DNA from: the human T2T-CHM13v2.0 reference genome, Homo sapiens
Length of the DNA: 64,000 nt
NCBI RefSeq assembly: GCF_009914755.1
Contig: NC_060930.1
Strand: one strand, 5' to 3'
Shown here: positions 58,310-64,000 of the stretch, piece by piece
Position numbering within the stretch: position 1 is the stretch's first letter
Layout of the letters: every line of letters begins with the position of its first letter
Made by a program: the position numbers and the translations under genes
Notes under the pieces: generated by a model
Databases searched by the model: none
Seen by the model: the letters and a program-made list of their open reading frames with translations, nothing else
What the model was told of the DNA's origin: nothing

Positions 58310-58670
58310 CCAAAAAAAGTGAAGGAGCAAGTTATGCAAATATTTAGGAAAAGGGCATTCTAGGTAGCAGGAGCAACATGAGTGCAAATCCCTCCGGGAG
58401 GGACTTACTTGGTTTTTTGCAAAAGAGCAGGCAAGACCACAGTGGCTAGAGCAGTATGAGGGAGAAAATGATAAGAAATGGGGTAGGAGAGGGAGCAAAA
58501 GGCCCATGGTAGGCCTCGTTGACTACAAAAAGAATTCTGGGTTTTACTCAAAAGGAGATGCGAAGCCTTTGGAGAGTCTGGGTGAAAGGGTGTCATGATC
58601 TGACTCATTGTTTTAAAGAATCATTCTGGCTGCTATGAGGGAAATAGACTGTGAGGGACAGAGATCAGGG
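58310..58670 (-). mobile_element. L2 fragment
   Basis: gcattctaggtagcagg...gtgcaaa...catgatctgactc...atcattctggctgct. Confidence 0.7.
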
Positions 58671-58730
58671 TGCTGTCAAGACGTCTTGTTGAAGAAGGTT
58701 ATTTGAAGATATTATTATGGCCATACTCAC

Positions 58731-58892
58731 TCTTTAGATTCTTGAGTTCTTTTAGTGACCTGCTGTACAACTGTATCATAGCCGCATTCTTCACCCTGAT
58801 TCCGATCAGATGTGCATTTTTCCATTTCTTCTTCAATCATAGAACCCAAAGTGTTGCCTATATGCTGCCTGAGGTATTTCACAAATTCATAG
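58731..58892 (-). CDS. TBC1D32: TBC1D32 (BROMI) coding exon 2, 162 nt
   Basis: Translates (N)[53 protein letters not shown](E). Acceptor tgtttcag|C, donor GA|gtgagt, phase 2-2. Peptide recognised as the TBC1D32 N-terminus. Confidence 0.95.
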
Positions 58893-60752
58893 CTGAAACA
58901 AATATTTAGAAAATAAATGCGGTAAATATCATAAGCATATTCAGAAAAAAAAATCAACACAGAAAGGTAACATATTAAGATTTCTTACCTTAAACTAGGA
59001 TTAAATTAGTCATTCATCACAAATCATCAAGCTAATCTACTAATTTTTGGCTTTTTTTTTTCTGAGACACTTGGCAAAAATCATCATTTAAAGATTACCA
59101 CAGTAGGGAAAAGCAAATTTCAGAAGCAGCCCAAACTTCAGCAGGTTAGAAGTCTCTTTACATTTCTTTTTTATGCTCCTATCTTTAACATGTGACAGTG
59201 AAGAGTATGAAAAGCAGTTGTTAAGGATTTTCAGTTATTCGAGCTGATGAGGAAAATCATCTAGAATACAGTAATCATGAAATAAGAAATTGGAAAAAGT
59301 TAACTTCCATCATCAGAAGAGTTTTGTGTACATTTTGAAAGTAGTAACTGATGTAACTTCCACCTAAACAGTTCTTATGTTACTAAGATTATCACTATTA
59401 TTAAATTCAAGACACACTTTGCCATTGGTATTTAAAGCCCTCATAGATTCCAATTTATCCTACCAGATCTATGTCCCATTACTACCTTACACATGCCCAA
59501 CTCTCCATGTGATGTTTATTCCCAATACCTTTGAAAACATTATTTCACCCACTTAAGAGTGTTTTACCACCACTCGTATAGATTGTCTTCTACAGCCTAA
59601 AATGTTACCTTCTGATAAAAGCTTTCCTTGTTTCTCAACGACTGATATCCTTTCTCACCTAAGACCCAAAAGTACTCTGTCCTTCTCTATTAGCATGCAA
59701 AACATTTTCTTGGATGCAGTTATATGACCTGCTTTATCCCCTGCTTCATTCCTGACCACCTCTACACCTAGATTTCTACACTGTTGGTAGACTTGACAAC
59801 AGAACAAATCCATTTATCTATCATCTGCAATATCTTGTACATAGTAAACACTTTATAAATACTTGTTAGGTTGAAATATAGCATTGGGGAAAGGTTTATC
59901 TCTTCATTTTCTACATCAGTGGCTGTGAATTTGAATTTGCTTATCTTTTCTAAATGTTTGTTTTAGTTGTTAATTCCTTGTTCATGTAATGTCTATTAGC
60001 AAATTTCTGATGACATTATGCTATAATTATACCCCCCATATATGGCCTCTTATCCTTCCTATAATTCGCCTATAAGAAAAAGAGAAGAGGAATGAAAAGA
60101 AGAAAAAAAAAGTGTACAGCAAAAAGCACTCTCCTCTTTCCAGCTACCCACCACATTTTTGGCACTAACAGCATTATTTTTCAATACTCCCAAACTTGAC
60201 AACATAGGATGCTCTTTAATGTCTGCATCTTCTGCACCCCTTGCCCATCCACTCAATCATATCCATGCAGTCACCAACATGTGTTAATGTTCCTGTACAT
60301 CCCTGACTTTCATCACTGCCTCCCTTTTTTCTCTATCAATCAGTACAAAGCCATATCACTTCAGAGATTACTGCAGCAGCCTTCTTGTTTAACTTCTCAC
60401 TTCCCTCTCTCCTATTTTCTTCCCTCTCATATTCATCCCAAACACTGTAGTCATATTAGCCTTCCAAAAGAACTTATTTTATTATTTCAGTCAGAGCTAG
60501 AGCCATTTTACTCATACCAATACCTCATACCATGTCATGCATGCACATAATGCCTCAATAAATATTTGCTGAATTTATAACAATTGGCTGCCTATTATCT
60601 TTCATGGTCAAATACTGCTTCCTTGGCCTGGACTTTAAATACCTAATCAATCAAATCTCTTTATAAGAGTATCTCTACTTAAACGAGGCTACATTCAAAA
60701 TTCCCAACAAACCTTCAACCATGTTGATCTTCATATGAGAAAGCGATAAACT

Positions 60753-61109
<357 letters not shown>

Positions 61110-62007
61110 CTATTTACCATATGATAGGTAAAATAGATGAGGACACAGATTCAAAACATGAAAAAACCTTGTTAAATTCATAAGCTACTAATTCATTCAC
61201 TTTACTCCAAAGCCCATGTTAATCCCATAATCCCAGAGTCCCAAAGATGTAAAAATATCAGAAGTGTTATAAGATATTTTGTAGTTGTAAATTGAGTGAA
61301 AAGGGAAATAAATAAATGTAATACTCATATCTTTACCAATTTGTAATTATTTCAATTTCTTTCATTTTGCAACAAAAATTACATTTTATTCCCCCAAAAT
61401 TATAACTAGCATATTAAATTTAAAAGTATAATTTACTTAAATATTTTAATTATTGATTGAATTTTCTTTAAAATGTTCAATATTTATATTCGATGTTTAG
61501 ATAGTAAATTCTATGCTTTAAGGGAATAAGTATTTAGAATAGCAGAAGAGGAAGCCTAAGCTATTTTGTAAATCTAATGTCTTATAACATTAGATTGAAA
61601 TAGCAAACATTAATTTTCAGAAATACAGTCCAAGAAAAACAAAACCCAAAGTTTACTGAATCATATATCATAGAAAACAGCCTCTAATCATCATGTAAAT
61701 AGTCTGTGCTTCTTTTGGTAATTCATCATTGCCTTATATTATTTGAAGATCTTCCCATATACATGGAAACTTCCTATGTATACTAAATATTTATTCATTA
61801 TTTCATTTGTGTATGTCTAATTTTAAACCAAATCTTTGCACATTCCATACAAAACAGTGAAATCACACTGGTAAGAAAAAAATTCAAAAATTAAGGTTTC
61901 AAGAGAACCCTTTAAATATGTCCTCAATTTTGTAATATCTGACAACTGCTTCTACACACAGTTGGCTCTGAAACAGACTTGGCAGATGTGCACGATGAGG
62001 TAAGTCA

Positions 62008-62333
<326 letters not shown>

Positions 62334-62422
62334 CTACCACAACCATGCATCACAACTAGGAACCCAATGAATCAAGAATCAGAACATCTGATATTTCAAT
62401 TCCATAAAAGTATCACTACTTT

Positions 62423-63162
<740 letters not shown>

Positions 63163-63339
63163 AGTAGAACTCTTGGGTATGCTTTGTTATAAAGCCCAAT
63201 CTGTAAGCAACACAAAGGATATATCTGTAATTGAGGCCGTGAGGAAATTTAACACAAGCACATTAACAAAATGTAGTCAATAAAGCTAAGAAAAACACAA
63301 TTCTAAAATAAAAGACACATCAAAAAAATCCCTATAGAG

Positions 63340-63605
63340 AAGGAAGGGATACAGCTAGACAGGAGGAGTAAGTTCTAGTGTTCTATTCTAGGGTAGGATG
63401 ACCATAGTAACAATAATACATTATACAGTTTCAAATACCTAGAAGGAAGATACTGAATTGAAAGAAATGATAAATGTCTGAGATGATGAATACACTAATT
63501 ACCTTGATCTGACCGCTATACATGTATGGAAACATCACTATGTACTCCATAAATATGTTCAATTATTATTTGTCATTTTAAAAATAAAATTCATTTTTTA
63601 AAAAA
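63340..63605 (+). mobile_element. L1MA-like 3' end fragment
   Basis: acagctagacaggaggagtaagttctagtgttcta...catcactatgtactccataaatatg. Confidence 0.72.
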
Positions 63606-64000
63606 ATCTCCACCATTTAGCAACAGCTGTAAATAGCAAATATCCTGGAAAACTTTTAAATCTACTCTGTGGAAATCTGAATAACCTCATGCTTTTTTCT
63701 AGTGACTTAATTTTTACCTATGACCACAGTAATATCTCCAGAAGACTCATTCAAAATGCTTCCAGGTTTTAGTCCAAGTTCTAAATTAAATGAACCCAAG
63801 GACCCCAGGGTTAAATCTTGTCTTAAGAGGTTACTGCTCTTTTCAAAAGAATCTTCTAGGGAAAAAAAAAAAATCTCCAGGAGTGGCAAGCCCCTTTACA
63901 ATGAAAGGACTGCCAGGCTGCCCATAGCTAAGGGTATTCTACTGACTCAGGGACCATTGAGAAACTTTCAGAGCCTCCAATTCCAAATTAATGAACAGAG

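Overview
Primate (human-like) genomic DNA. The window covers coding exons 2-15 of TBC1D32 (BROMI/C6orf170, a ciliary Hedgehog-pathway gene) on the minus strand. All 14 exons have GT-AG boundaries and splice into one continuous reading frame. Exon 1/promoter lies beyond position 64000 and exon 16 before position 1. The gene name, exon numbering and repeat subfamily names come from recalled sequences, not a database search. The introns are dense in repeats: three large L1PA elements (all antisense to the gene), older L1M/HAL1/L2/MIR fragments, about 15 Alus, ERV1/MaLR solo LTRs and hAT/Tigger DNA-transposon relics. The most notable items are: (1) a 5'-complete L1PA4-like element copied from spliced RNA, missing its 5'UTR intron exactly at the splice junction (a SpIRE); (2) a tiny, 5'-truncated, human-specific AluYb8-type insertion with a perfect TSD; (3) a full-length L1PA5-like element with a doubled 3' end and a retained antisense promoter/ORF0 pointing into the gene; (4) a strong candidate poison exon in intron 3; (5) several repair or rearrangement scars. 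I see no evidence for a wholly new biological system. The findings are new-looking instances of known mechanisms, plus a few testable regulatory hypotheses.
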